Positions 15,301-30,215 of a stretch of 63,722 bases of DNA are shown here, one piece after another (the stretch's first letter is position 1; every line of letters starts with the position of its first letter). The DNA is taken from the NCBI RefSeq assembly GCF_018977255.1, contig NW_024705191.1, positions 1-63,722 of the forward strand, given 5' to 3'. The notes under the pieces were generated by a model. That model was not told the origin of the DNA. It did not search any database and saw only the letters and a program-made list of their open reading frames with translations. The DNA comes from Callorhinchus milii. Its lineage: Eukaryota. A program made the position numbers and the translations under genes.

Positions 15301-18300
15301 GAACGGTTGAGCACATTTACCCATGTGTAACAGCTCTACGAAATCCTGTCCAGTCTGCTAGAATGCGCTGTCATTCGCCCATGCGCTCTTGCCGTCACTT
15401 GAGTGCGCGCACGTCCAAAGAGTTTAAAGCCCACGTCTGAGGTTGTATGCGCACCGGCAGCTTACGAGACGAGCATTCCACTTGATGATATTACGACGTA
15501 ACCACCATTACGGGAGAATCTGGGCATCTTTACCGGGAATCTGCGGAGTACCCGGCTCATGAGATTGATACAATACAGTGGTATTGCTAGGCGCGGTAAC
15601 CACCAGCCTCAATTCCGCTGCATACGATTTCACTGCAACGGGTCACTACACTAATATCACGACACAATCTCGGTTCCGGCTAACTGCTTATGGAACACCG
15701 CCCAGTAGCAAAGTTAGCGTAGAGACGGCGTATAACATGCAGAATTATTGCAGTATGGAGGAAACAGACTCATGTTTACGTAGGATTGTGCGCCGGTGCG
15801 AGGGCATAGCAGGCAACGATCCTTCTGTGTTCGGCCTCACGTATGGTGTCTGGTCCCCTAGGTGAGCTAGTATGAATTAGCAAGCCGTCTGGTCGATCTT
15901 GCGTCAACTTCCGAGGTCAGGCACGTATCGTCTTAATCTTTTCTGGTAGTCTAACAGAAACGTTGGTAGCGGGCTCGGACTGGGATGGTACCAGGCACAG
16001 AGTGTCAATTCAAATCTACAGTATTCGTATACGGTTAACCACTACACTGTTCACATCCCCAACCTTCGATGGAACCGCCACGACTGATTTGCCACCGTGA
16101 GGGAAGATAGTGCCGAGAGGGTAATTGGGATCTCGCGAACATCAAAGTGATACAAACCACTTAAGTCGGTTAACCTAAGGCCCAAAGTGTGGCTATATGT
16201 TCCTTTGCCTTAGGGAAGTCGACATGGATCGTTCCCTTCAATGCCGAAGAGACAGCCTACCGCGTGATTGCAGCCTCCACCTGACCTTCACTGAACGTCG
16301 TCTCCGAACATCATTCAGGGCCGATGTTCGCTATTGCGTACCGTTCTAAGCGTTGTACGTTGGCTATAAGGCTGTCCCTCTTCCACCTTCTACGCTGATT
16401 CCCGGTAGATGGGTCCATTTCTTCAGCGTCGTTGAAACAAGGGACGTTGCATAGCCAATATCTGCGTTACTCCCCTGAGTACGATCGGAGGCACCGACAT
16501 CATGCCGATGATCAGTCCTGTGCCCCATACTATTTATGAACAGCGTTGATCTATTTTATACCTAAGATTTTCACCACGAGTGCATTTACTTTTGATATCC
16601 AATTCAAGGAAGGCCACAGCTAGCCCGCATCATTTAACCATTGCTTTCGGACTGCGAGAAACTAAATCGGTGCCATCGTGATTCCCGATAGCTCGGTAGA
16701 GTCCATCGGACCGGTTCCTTTACTCTGCCCGTATTGATATTAGCCTTGCTAGATAGAAAGGCCCCTAACCTCTTGTGCAGACGGATTAGTCAGCAGTTTA
16801 GTCCAGGTGGCGAGTCGCGCTCGAGGGAGAGAGCCTACGAATTAGTTGACACGTCGTCGAGCTAGCGGAGTGACACCGTTCTTTTAATAAGAGGATGGAA
16901 GTGGGGGAACCTAGAGACCTCTTTTGCTCACCTCCGGACTTATATTCCTTGAGAGACCAAAGTCCGTACATTTCAGCCCAACCTGTATTTCTCCAATCGA
17001 ACACAACGGTCTAAACTCGGCGTCGCCTACTGCCAATGACGGTCAGGACCCTGGAACCTAAGTCCGGAAGTAGTAGTCGTTCGTGTTCAGCAGAGATGTC
17101 AGCCTAGCATCGCGTCCGAGCAAGAGCTAGACCCGCCGGAAGAACTGCATAGCTGCTGTAACCACAGAGATTATCTCTCTCGTTGATTAGGTTGCATTAT
17201 TCGTTGGCTGCAGTGTCTCAGCACGGTCGGTCGCCGCCTCACCGGCCAGCGGACATAGTTGCGTCAAATGAAGATCTGTCTAATCGGGGTAGGTTCCGTG
17301 GGCATAGGATCGAAATCTTACATCATGCCTGCCAAGTGCAAGAAACAGTTTGAACATAGGGCGGCGCCCAGGAGGCTTGACGTCAGGCAAGTGCATCGTT
17401 TGGAACGCAGCTCGTTGGATTCATCCAACGATTAGGCTAGGCAAGCTTATTTGCCTTGGAGTGCCGGAACTCTCCGCCGGAAAGCTCGATCTACATTAGT
17501 TCTCAGGTCACTCCTGACTATTAAGGACTCAGAATGCCTTTTTGCTGAATGGAATGAGGACGTGTGGGTAGTGTAAGGGTCACGGTGTAAAACCTGTCTT
17601 ATAAAGCCTCAACGATCGTAAGAGTCTTGTTTGATCGGGAACTCACACATGATAAATTCCGAGGTACTCTCCTAGACCTATCGCTGAATAACTTTAGGAA
17701 CACTACGAGAGCGACCCACATGTTACTGCAAGGAGGAAGCTCCGTCAACGGAGGTGTAAGCAGTTTCAAAAATTCGCGCTAAAGTGGAAATGGCGTACTC
17801 AACTCCATCTAAACCATAAGTGACAATATCCCGTATAGTGGATGCATCCTTTAACATGGCTACCGTCTCACATTTACGACTGCAGCACCTGCGGGATGAG
17901 GCGAGAAAAGACGCGTCCAGTTGGTGGATGGCCGATAGGTTAAGTACGGGCGACCTTCGGGATCCGCTCCAGTTTATACGTCAGGCAGCGGTACGGCCGT
18001 GCTCCGTCGTTTTCTGCTGTTACGAGAGATCGAACTTTATCTCAGCCCTCCTTTTCCGCATGAAGTGAGCTTCGTAAATCTGTTCGAACTGGTGTTCTGG
18101 ACTAGAGTTTCGGCCAAGTGGGCTTTCACGGGACCGACCTTAAGGCTCAAAGTATATACGCAGTCGAGCTGAGCTTTACTTGCCTTTAACGCTCTTGCGG
18201 TCGATTGTGGTGTAGTGGCTGTATGGACTTAAGAGAAGACGGGCAAATAGGACCCGATTATATCAGCAAAGGCCGCTAATCGCTGCACTGGTACGGCCTA

Positions 18301-21300
18301 GGCTCATTAATGTACCTTACAAGCCTTAGTCAACAGTGATGCGGACGCAATAGGCTGGTAGAGTACCTGGGAATTACTCAGAAATTGTACCGTTAGCTTC
18401 GTTAAGTGCTCAACTGGTGTGCTGAGCTAGCACCGGTAACTTTGACTCAGTAAGCTTCATGCCCATCAGTGGGGTTGGACGCGCAGCGTTTCACCGAATA
18501 GCGCATCGTTCCCAACAAAACACCATATCAGCCGTTCAGGCAGGGCAAAGACTACCCGTAAGTAAAATGCACCCATAGAAGCTCATACATAGGAGACGGT
18601 GGGCACGGACGTCGTTCATAAATCGCCGAGATGTCACACTATTGGAGGCGGGGGCTTGCTGAGCTAGACAGGTCGGTCGTGTGCTACGTATATCAGGTAG
18701 AGGCTACCAAATAGTTTAAATTTGTCCGTCGCCTCATGGCGAGTCTTAGGGGTTGAGAAAGTTCTGTAAGGCTCAACCTCCCCTTGTCCAGAAAAGTTAA
18801 ACTACGTAGAGATTGCTTGGTGTAGGGGCCTATTCCACTGGCGTTTTCTCGTACTTGCGTGTCTGTACAAGAATCCCGACATTATGGATCGGTCTACGCC
18901 TGATATCTCTCGATACTTGCTCACTTGTTGTAACACCCAGTTTTGCGACTGAGTTCTCGTCCCAGCCGACTTAGACAACAATTCTAGGAGTGTTATGGCG
19001 TTTTCTGGGTAACCGGGCGTCTCCATCGGAGCGTTGCACTCAGCGTTAGTCGTTGTTCGTATAACTAGAAATTACATACCATATTGATAGAGCTTGCGAT
19101 TCACGGGCGGATCGGTTTGCGATATTAAAACGTCTAACAATCACCCTTGTTCATATGGAAACCAACGTGACCCAAAACTGTTGTTGGTACGATCTAACAC
19201 TAGCTAATGACAGGGCTACAAATCGGGGACAAGCGTTCTTGGCGGGGCCCTAGATTGAGCACACCGGGACTCAGTCGAAGCTTTAATGTATAACCTATCC
19301 GACTCGTCACTTAATGCGTACGAGCTTAGCGTCATTGCATTGTAAGATGTGACTATTGAGCCTTAACCAGGAATGGTCCGCGCAGTCCCCTCTTTCACGA
19401 TCTGCGCGCTATCCTTCGATCCTGTTCAAAACACGCAGTCTTTTAGGCCGTACCGGCTGATTGGTCCTCTCACCATATACATTAAGAATGCGAATCAACG
19501 AGGATGCAGTTCATGCGATCCAGTCCTCATCTATGGGATCGCAAATAGCATTGTCGGCGATCTTTTAAGTAATTAGTTCTCAATTCGGGGATGGGACGTA
19601 CGTTATCCGTACCCAGCTCGGCGTCCCCACGTTGATTTGGATCCCCGCGGACTGGTGAAAAAAGAATGAGCCACAACAACGCTGTCTCAGTTTACACGAT
19701 CCCGCCATCGCGCGGCATGAACAGGAGCGGGCCACTTAGCCGATCATCGCTAGAACTCCCGTGGCCGTTCGAGTCGTATGTTAAACAAGCTTTAATAAAG
19801 TTGATATAGACAGGCATGATGTTACTAGAGCCTGTTATACCCACGACGTCAAAGCCGCTGGCTTCCACATTATTAAGACTAAGACAGGTTTGCCAAATGA
19901 TTAGGTCTTATCCTTCGCACCGAGTCTCAAAGTAAACTGTGATATAAATATCACATGATCCACGACTATGGGTGGCCATCTAAAAGACGTGATTGCATAA
20001 CGACACACGCGAGCTAGAGTGCTAGACACTCGGCGAGGTCGCACTTTCGAAATTATGAGTTAAATACCATAATATCCAGACCTAATAGCTAGGTATACAA
20101 CCATATGGTAAACATAGGGGTCCTGCAATCGACCACTATCATTTACGCTCACTGGATTTAATCTTAGAGGACTCGCCATTGTGAGGACGCCGTGACTCTA
20201 AGCATCGCGCCCGATGGTGTGCTGGCATTGACTGGATTTCACGCTGAGGCGAACCTGGTGAAGGTTAATTCAAGGGATAGGTTGGGCCGTGGAACGTAAA
20301 GACGAAACTTGAGTACCATACACTATAGCCCCAGACATCGGTTCGGCCAGCTAGATTAATGCGTGTAGAACTCAAGTCGGGATACTTTGGGAACAACGAT
20401 CGTGATGAAGATCCAGAGCACCGGCTCGAGTTTCTTCCATTGTGGTGTTAGATTGACGTCAGGGACCAGAGCCTTTCTCCAAGACGTACACGCATTCCTT
20501 GCGAGAGACGTCTGAGGTCCACAAAGGGAACCTCTCAGGACTCCAAGAGCAGCCTTAGAAACTCAAGGTCTTTGCCAATTAGCCTGAATCCCTGGTTTGT
20601 GTAGTCATAGTAGCTTGTTCTCGTCTTTCAAAATCCACGTAGTTTTCCACAAGGAGGTATCATGCCTTATACGATCGGCCCAAACTAACGCACAGTCCCT
20701 GCGCGATTGCTTGGTTGTGCGGTCACTAATGAAACGCTAATAAAATCTGTTGTTGCAGCTGTGAGGGCTAACAATCCGTCATTAGGACTGCAGCTGATCG
20801 TAGTGTAATATTAATGAGATACGTGTGTCGTGTGGCCACCTAACAGTGGCCGATCGAGAACTGGGGATGCGCTATCGTACATACTGGCGGCGAGGATACA
20901 AACAACGAAGGGGCTCTCACGGCTTTACAATATTATCGGGTCTCGTCCCTAACGTCGTAATCAGGTCGTCATCCTAAGAGCCTGTCGTTCCGCAGGGTTC
21001 TCCTGATTCGCGTGCGCAGTCCGGCTTGAACGTGTTCGCGTTAAGCTATGTAGCACCGGAACGGGACTCCCAGTCTTTGAGCCCGGGCCATAGGAGGGCA
21101 ATCGCACCCCCACTACTCCTGGCCGTCGTGGATAGCGATTATGACTCACGCGCTCGTTAGATGACTCACTTCAGTTTGATTAACAAGTTCCAGTTCCATG
21201 AATACACCGAGGGTCGAACCCGTGCCCATGCCAGCTGTCACCTAAAGTTAATCATAGATCGGACTAAGCGTTAGCATCCATCATAAAAACCGGTGGCGCC

Positions 21301-24300
21301 AACAAGCACTTAACGCATTATATCTGTCAGTCAGAGCCAACCTATGTCCATTCAGGCGATTCCCAGGTCTATATCGTAATCGTGGTGAGCGGGCAAATTC
21401 CGATTAAATTTCGATGAATTTAGGTGCGTTTATTTAAGCGCACTGCCACGATGGCAATCGGCGTGACGCTCGAGACACAGCTTAGGGACGACAGCTCGGT
21501 AACCTCCTACCCTCGCGTCTAGAAAGTAAAGGCTGTTGACGGCATATCTATCCTCTACAGTATAGTTTTAGAGTGACCAACACGGAAATCTTCATATTTA
21601 ACGTACCAGCACGCACAGAAGTGCGTACAAAGGAAGCCACATGCTATCCAAAACGTTGGTGGAACGTAAATCATATTACGCCAAGCCTGGAGGGGATCTC
21701 TTATAATGGATATGACTCCCACCCGCAAACAACACTTTATATACATTTGTTAAGAGTGACACCGCCCATAGGTTTACAGCATTCTCGGACAACTAGTAGC
21801 CGTTGGGGTCCACAACAGTGGAATATATCGTGGTGCTCAGACGCCCACGACTAGGGGTTCTCCTCTCCCCCACAATTGTCGGCGCGACCCAACCGAGGTA
21901 CATGGGAATCTTTCAATGCGGCATGAATGAAGACGACTTAAGGTGCTTTCGCAGTTTTAGGACATCTTGGTCCGACACCACATGCCTTGGTTTAAGTCGA
22001 GTTATGAAACGTGGCGAAGCCCGCTTTTGAGGACACATAATGTTTCCAACCGGCATGTACGTAGGGATCACTCGAGATGTTCTTCGTTATGAGCGTCTAC
22101 GGAGTCCTGGCTGCTTTCGGAGAAACATCGCAGCTGTGTGATGAAAACCTGCATGACACATCTCCGGTCCCTGCGTGTTTTGGTCTGAAATCTGGCCTAG
22201 CATTTTTAGTAATCTCCGCGACCAGAGCCCAACCATTGCCTTCAGTGCTGGTATTCGGTCTTTTAGTTCTCCCGCAATGGATGGCGAGAACAATGTACCC
22301 GAATATCCCTAAACGACCCGCCTGACGCCCCTCACCACCACAATGGGAGCCTAATGCTGCTGACAAAAGCCTTGATGTCACGGCCCCGCGGAAACGGTTA
22401 TTCTAGTATGAATAGAGAGCTTTCGAGACGTAGTGTAGCACGGGATTGACCAGAATCACCTGATGCCCTTCGAACCGCTACAATTAAATCGGTGCGTGCG
22501 AATACCGCGATAGTGGTTATCCAAGACACCGACGGAACCTTATTAAGAGCCGCAACTACTCCTTAATCGTCCTGTTTAAGTCGCCCACTCCATGACCAGG
22601 AGAGCTTGTTATTCGTAGTGATAATATTTAAAACGGCGCGCTCCCTCCGAGCTCCGTCTGATACGGTCTCTTCTCACGATGTTATCTTGACTCATACTTA
22701 CACTGAGCTAAGCTAGGTATCATAAAGTTCGCACGATTATGCCCATAGAGCGGTTATCTCGTGTCATCTCTAGTTGCCCCCGCACACTCGAAAACACTGA
22801 GCCCGCCTAGATCGGTCTTGGTAGTATGGCCGATAGGATAGAATCATGCTCACCACCATTTGTCTCATGCCGCATTATCTAGCTGGGTACAGGTGCAGAG
22901 ATACGATTGACATATTGGCGTGGCAAACGTCGAGGATGTCTAACGGACGGATAGCTAATAGTGTTGAAGAGGCGTGGGAAATAGACCGGTTTGCGAACTG
23001 CGTGCTATATGACCCAAAATTTCACGAAGTAGTCGGCGACGCTGGGTCCTGGCTCGAGTGGATGCGCTAGAATGCTAAATACTCTAGGGTGAGAACGGCA
23101 GCAGGAGAATAACCTCTGCGATCGGAGTTAAGACGAGGTACCCTGGCTTTTAATTGTTTGCACCGGCAGCCTGATACAAGAGGAGCCAGTCCATTTCATT
23201 GGTACAGGAAAGGTGCAAGAAGAAATTGGGTTTCGGGCCGTTGTGGCCGGTGCGAGCTCATAAGATCACACGCCGGATCCGTAATGACGGTAAAGAAGTG
23301 GTTCAAACCAGTTGGCACTGTTCATGGTTTTGTTCACCCAAAAATTTAGTACCAGGACGGCTCTATACCTCAGCAGATGCACTCGCCGGTAGTCATGATT
23401 CGAGCGCAGTAAGAAGCTAGCGATTGGAGAAACCCAAATCCTTGGATTTCAGGAAATATCATGATAGGTAACCCGGTCCACCTTTGTGCCCCGTGGGTCG
23501 AAGTGAATCCCTATAAGTGTGGTGAGCTCCAGGGAGCCTAGACACTACGCATAAGCCTAGGAGCGCGACCGTCGGTCTTCACAGGGATGGTGCTATGTAC
23601 ATGCTCACCTAGAAGATTAGTCCCTGAATGCTAGTCGACCACTTCTGACACAAGTCACTTGAGAAACTCGTGCGTGTCCCATGTCGGCTCCTTTACGACG
23701 ACGCAAAAAGCCGGTAACTTGACACCCTAGCAAAGCCATATGCTTACCGTACAGACGGAAGACGGTCTATTGGTATTTGAACACGGCACGTAAACGTGGT
23801 CCAAGAACCGGAGGAATAAATAGCGAGACATTTATCAATCGCAGCCACCTTATGTGCCAAATCCATCCAATACCGGGAGGGCGTATCCGACATTAAGAAG
23901 TCCAAGATCGAGGGCAACTACTGTAAAATCATCGAAACCCCTACTAGCACAGGTGTACGATTCTTGAGCCGTCTAGCAATCTTATTCGTGGTTCGCAACC
24001 TCGTTCAAGTTGGTATCCTATCTCGCTGCGTGGGCTAACTCCCAGGATATTTGTATTATTCCTTGTTTATATATCACTTCATTTTCATAAACGGAGTGCT
24101 CGACTTGTCATCGCGCTTCAAGTCAATTATTCCTGTTGTCGTAGCCGCGCAAGAGGGGAAGGAAGCAGGCGCATCGGAGCACACCCCGTCTCAAATGCGT
24201 GCGAGTATAAAGCGTTTGAGCTGACCGCTAACCGTACACAGAGGTTGAATTGGCCGCGTAGGGTCGCCAATCCCAGCATTTCGCCAACTACTCGGACTCT

Positions 24301-27300
24301 AACCGTGTTACCAAAGACGCTTATGTACGCCTGTCTGGGTCCCCTCTTCACGCAGTCGATCACTGTTAAAAGACACAGCTAATCGAAGCATAGCATGTGT
24401 AAAAAAGGTACGTGGGTTAGTGAAATGGCCGATTATGAAGCATTGCGTCCGTGGGGTCGAGGTCGCATCGCAATTGAGCAGTGACGCACCAATGAGAAGG
24501 TATAGCAGCTCTTGCTACGATGAACTTCGAACCGTCGCACGTTAACCAGAGCAGCCCAGAATACTACATAGCACAGCAATATGTTGATATTTCTAACATT
24601 AGTATGGGGAACTGCTCATGCGCCGCTTTAGACTCTGGCATTACGCCGGGAACCTCTCCTGACCTATTAATGCTTTGGGGGTGCTGTATGGGGTAAATCA
24701 GAAATAGCCATTAGGAACTGATGCGATGGAATCTATGAAAAGCATACCCCGTGACTTGACTCGATGGAAAAGCGAGCACGTAGTCGTGCGGTCGCTATTG
24801 TAGAGCATTGTAATGTAACCCCTAGTAGAAATTGCATAAACCCTCCCACGCGCATTACTTAATTTTTTTTCTCGGAATAAATACTTCGTCCCTCCGCACC
24901 CGGTCTCATGGATTTAATCTAGACGTGTCACGGTCATATACCCGATAATGAGATAGAGATACTCTACGTACATGAAACAGTCACATTTACCCAGTTTAGC
25001 ACACACTAGAACATAACTGGATAGAGACAGCGGCTGACTCGTGTTGTAGTGTGCGGCAAAGACCATCCGAGGTAAGAAAAGCGTCTGATGCGTAGCCGTT
25101 GCATAGTCTATTTGCTGTCTGGGACATTAGACGTTGGCTAGATCCACGTATGACGGCGTACGTCACATTTAGCCAGAAGCCTGGCGGGGGATGGCTAAGA
25201 GTTTCGGGAGACTATATAGTCAGAGTATCGGGTGTTTGGTGAACGCGGGTTCCGAGAGCTTGGTATGGGCAATCGTCTCTCTGGCATGGACGTTCTACAC
25301 GCACCTCTTTTAGTCCTCACAGAGAATGCAAAAGCGTCCGCGCGCGTAATTGCCTTGTGTGGCTGATAAAAGCGGTTGGGCGGCCAGAGCCCCGTGTACA
25401 GGAAGAAAGGCGCCTGCAGCAGTCGGTTGCGCCGGCTCGTCGTGCCTTAGCCCATTATGCGGGAAGATACTTATGAGGTTACTTCAGCCGGCGTTCGTCC
25501 TTAAAGGCGCCACCGACCCTGTAGTTCTAATAACCACCTAAGGGTGGTTCCCCATCGAAATTTTGGCCCTGGGGAATGTCGTGGTGGATAAGGGAGGAGG
25601 ATCGCGATTAGCTGGGTTATGTTGTTTTAGCTTTAGACCACAAATCGACTGCAACTGAAAACCATGCATTATTGACTTTTTGCGATCACGTGCGGTACGT
25701 AGCTACGGTCAAGGGCCGCTCGAGTTTAGGCTTTTCGACCGGCCGGACTTACATCGAATTTTTTTGATAGCTAATCATCCTCGTTCTACCGTCAAGAACT
25801 GTCACGCATGCAAAAGCGGAATGCTGTGTCTCTTGCGATGTTTAACGGCAAACGTTTAATGTCTCGCTCAAAGTGCCTGTAGTGATGCGGCTTGATCTTG
25901 TAAACTTGCGTATGTAACATCAACCGTGATAGTAGCTTAAAGTGTTCAAGAATGTAGAGGAGGGTTACTTGATATCGCCAAGAAAGGCGTAGAGGTCGCA
26001 TTATACGTTAAACGCTGGGACGCGGCTATTATAATCGCGTATGTTCTGCCTGTGTCTTGTCATCTACACAACGGCGCGTACAATCACTGAATTATAACAT
26101 CGACCCAATAGGGTGCCTTATTGAATTCCTACCCATTTCAGCATATATAATTTATATGTACGGTCCTGGATTAGGTTTATGAAAGTCGGGTAGCGCCTTC
26201 GGCGTCGGCTAAAAATGTCGGTGACAAGGAATGCCTGCCTATGATGAGCTCTGAGTCTCCACCTTTATTACTTGCGAACTGGGAAAGTACGCAGGTCATA
26301 GCCCAAGGTTGGAAACGAAGATTGGGGAGAGTTAAAGGGGTTACCTCAGGGTTATCAACGGCACGTAACTTCTCGGACCGCTCCAGTCCCTAGCTTTATA
26401 TTGACGGAAACGCTTAGCATATTGACACATGGTGTGACGTGTATCCCAGAAGTACACAGAAAATCCACCTTTTCGACACCCGACTATCACACGACTCGTG
26501 CACAGGTTAGCAGGGACTCATGCGTAGATCATAAACAGAGACTCAGTGTTTATTTTGAAAGTCTGGCGACAGCCCCGACGATAAGTATCGGGTTGGAGGC
26601 AACGAACTAACAGAGTGGGTACGGAACTAAACATCACGTCAACCGTCTCGGGTTTGAACCCACAATCAGGCAGCTTAGGTAGGGACGTCACAATCTAATC
26701 TCGCCCAGAGACCGGCTATTCACAGTGGCCGACGGTGTAACTTCCACATACGAATCAGACGTTGCGCTATCCCGATTCTTGGACTACATTAAGCTGACGA
26801 CGTTTCACCATAGTTGCAAGAAGTACTGACAGATCTAAGGGCATTCAAATTTCTATCCGACGCTCGGATGATCCAGAGCACACAGGTATACTGAGTTAGT
26901 CTATCGTCACATTATCTCCGTCCCGACTCCGTGATCTAGGTTCGGCTAGAATACTTCACAAGCCGTATGGTTTGTGAGTGTAAGAGCTTCAATCTTCAAG
27001 CAGCAAAGGTCCACATTTAGAATAATGTACTTCAACTCAGTAGTGGCCATAACAAACATACTATATCACCGGCTCTTAGATATTCACGGTCCTCCCATCG
27101 GGGCAACTCAGGATATTTTCTGGGTCACACTGCGCCATTGTGGAACTAAATTTACCCTATGAATATTGCACCGCGACTGTATATTCTGAGTGGTAAGTGG
27201 CTCTTAGTACATCTGAACGTGGGGTATTACCTGCAAGACGGCCAAGTACCGATCCGTTAAGTGCATAGTTTATTCTCCCTCGGGCATGAACTGTGAAAAC

Positions 27301-29975
27301 TTCCGGAAGACATACACACAATATCGCCTCTTAGTACAACACGCGCTGTGGGAAGCCCAGAGATGCGTCCGCAGATTATCAGGGTGGTGTTGCGAATACT
27401 GGTGGGGGGTTAGCGTTTAGGACCTGGCGGGCGAATAAGTCTATAGGGGTCAGTGGGGGTCGACAATATAACTGCTGGCCACAAGCTTAAGGCTTGAGCG
27501 AACGGAGACGCGACCTATTCTATTATGCTAACTAACTAGCTATCATATTAGGCAAGTGTCTCGCATAGATCAACTTGTGCAAAGCGTCCGTTGATAGAGC
27601 GTAAAGTCAGCGTGCCACATTAGTCTGCGGCCCCCATAAGATGCTGTGAGGACAGAGAACAATCGCTTGCTTGCCCCGTTCTAACAGTTCAATTTCAACA
27701 GGCGAGGGAGTCCCCATTATGAAAGGAAGTTCTTACAATAGAAAGATCTAACCTTCTAACTACGGCGACATTCTTGGCCACCATTTCGACGTCCTGCTGT
27801 AGACGTGGGCCGAGTCTCTACACTTAGGCAGGTTGACCAGAAAAGCTGCAATCGGTATAGCTTTCATGATCTATCGGCAACTGCCACACATAAAATAGTA
27901 CGTCACGGAGCTGGCCTAGCATGTGTCGGCATACACGACGGTAAGTGAGCGTTAAGCGGTTAAACGACCGGTGACGCCGATACTGAAGAGTTGTACCCGC
28001 CCGGCAAGACGCCCGCTCAAAGTAACATAACAGGAAGTAGGTGTGCGTGTCCGATACCCAGAGTACTTTTCTGAATTTGAAAGCAGCCACAGGAGAGCCT
28101 CGAGAGGTGACTACCTCGCGCACATATTCCGATACGGGCAAAGCGAATATATAACACTTTATGGGTCAGCAGATGACATTGACCAGGTTAATTGTTGACG
28201 GGCTCATAGGTGGTTATATACCATCGTAACCTATAACCCTGCTATCCACTGTCGGAGGTGGACAAGTCTTTCGCACCCGACTCCCTTCCCACTATTCGCG
28301 TAGGTCGAGACTGGACTACTCTCCTAGCAACTACCACACATGATGTGTACAGTCCCGTGAATTTATCGGGCCTCCACACAATGTATGGTCGCGCAATTTG
28401 GCTATGCTAATGAACGTCGACTCGAGAGGATTTGGGCAAAACTACGAGGCCTGACTCTTCCCAACTTGAATGGTTCAGGATGCTAGCGCCTTGAAGGAAA
28501 ACACTATATCCTACGTCCCGCATGACATCGCACGACAGTAGCTTTCGATTCCATGAGTCATCGTTTCTATGGTATGCAACTAGCATTTTAGGTATTATGT
28601 ACTTACAAGCGTACCGATATCGTGCAGTAATTGAAACCGCTCGAGGGCTGGCGACCCGGTACAAGCTCCGTCTAATATAATGAGTGAATAATTCCTATCC
28701 TGACTTAAGTATTGGTTCAAAATACAATACACACGCAGGTTATCACGGTACCAGGGTGGCGTCTGGTAGTTCTCCCGCAAACCGCGGCTTCACCGGATGA
28801 CTCTTTTGGTTTGGCGTTCCCACACTCACAGCTCTGGGTACGTTGAATTGGTTCAGCACAGCAGACATGCTTTCGAGGACCAGACCACTTCCTCGCGTCT
28901 CACCGTATAACGTCTATGGGGATGTGGAGCTTGGTAGGTGAATTCATGTACGGTCTTGAGCTATACTTTTAGCGATGCGAATAGCCCCCGTGAGATTGCC
29001 GTCACACGGCAACGGTTTGCGTTCTACCCCCTCCCGGCATCATCCTGCGGTGAACATTACACCGTCAGCAACCGCATGGCCATTAAAGCATCAGCTGGGG
29101 CATCTAATAATTGCGAAATGAGATGAGTTGTTGTAAGCCCTGTAGGACGGAGCGAACATTAATGTCGGGCCACTCTACCGTCCCCGCTCCTGAAGTTATA
29201 TCGGTGGTCAAATCGTTGTCCTTCCTGATTGATTAGGTACGGTTGATTTTGCGCGCCCGTCCCGCAATTGAAGCTGATACGTCTCATATTAGCGCCTCAC
29301 AAAGATTCGAAGATAGGCCGACACGGGGTGGGGGAGTTTATTAACATGGGTATGCAGCGTTTTGCTAGACCCTCAAGAATCGACCTCTAAGTACCACACC
29401 GATTCTGATGCTGGCGTGTTCCTCATCTGATTGGTACCACCGATGTGGGCGAAGCATCGTTAAACTGGAGAGGCAAACCAAAACTTATGCCACAAACCAA
29501 ACCCAGCCCTAATTCCTGCGGCCACAAGCACGGTGGTCGGATCGCTAAGTCTCACAATATCGGTCAGACAAATCAATACCCCCAAGCGTTTTAAGTCTTG
29601 TTAATGTTGGTAAGGGAGACTGTGGGGCCGGGTCGTATGAAACGTGGCCCGAATCCTTCGGGGCATAAATCTGCAATCATAAGTGAAGGGTGTCTGTGGC
29701 TCTAACTCCTCATCTTCGTTGCGCCTCTTCAGCATAAAGTAAGGTTTATAGGACACTAAAGCCGGTAACATCACTTAATCATGTAAGACGTCATGTACCT
29801 TACCGACCGTACGCGGAGCTTTACAAGCGACACAAATAGTCTAAGCTACGACGGCCAACATCGCAAGGTCATGGGTGTAGGGGATCTCCACATGATGCAA
29901 GTTATGTCCTAGTCAACATAACATGTCTTGTTTCGCCGCTACAGCTTAGACGTGGTGGGTCACCGAAACCTCCTT
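344..29975. other. Random-like sequence block, probably non-biological filler
   Basis: Starts exactly at the N gap. Balanced composition by eye, CpG and TA not depleted, no microsatellites or long homopolymers, none of the repeat families that fill the other half, longest ORF 173 aa with no recognisable protein. Right boundary is approximate. Confidence 0.85.
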
Positions 29976-29982
29976 GTTAAAC

Positions 29983-30215
29983 TGGAGTTTTCTACGGGTT
30001 CTCCGGTTTTCTTCCATAGCTCAAAGGGAACATGCAATGCAACCAGTATTGGCGAAACATCCGAGCGCTAAAAAAAATATTTGCAATTACTCAATCGGTT
30101 ACACATTGAAACATCACCTCCTACTGTCAAAAGAAACGTGGCAGGACCCTCATCAACAAAAGAGTCTTGAGACTCCCGCGTAAGCTGGTAAAATATGGAC
30201 ACCTCTTTTAGGATG
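29983..30215 (+). mobile_element. Degenerate V-SINE-like fragment
   Basis: tggagttttctacgggttctccggttttcttcca resembles the V-domain seen at 31025-31060. Tail-like gctggtaaaata near 30204-30215. Confidence 0.45.

Noticed and set aside
17412-17431. Hairpin tcgttggat-tc-atccaacga
   Set aside because: Chance-level stem with no U-tract or gene context.
446-29126. About 80 short ORFs (60-173 aa) in the first half, including 5261-5782
   Set aside because: Lengths and amino-acid content are as expected for random ~50% GC sequence; no motifs, codon bias or operon/exon structure.
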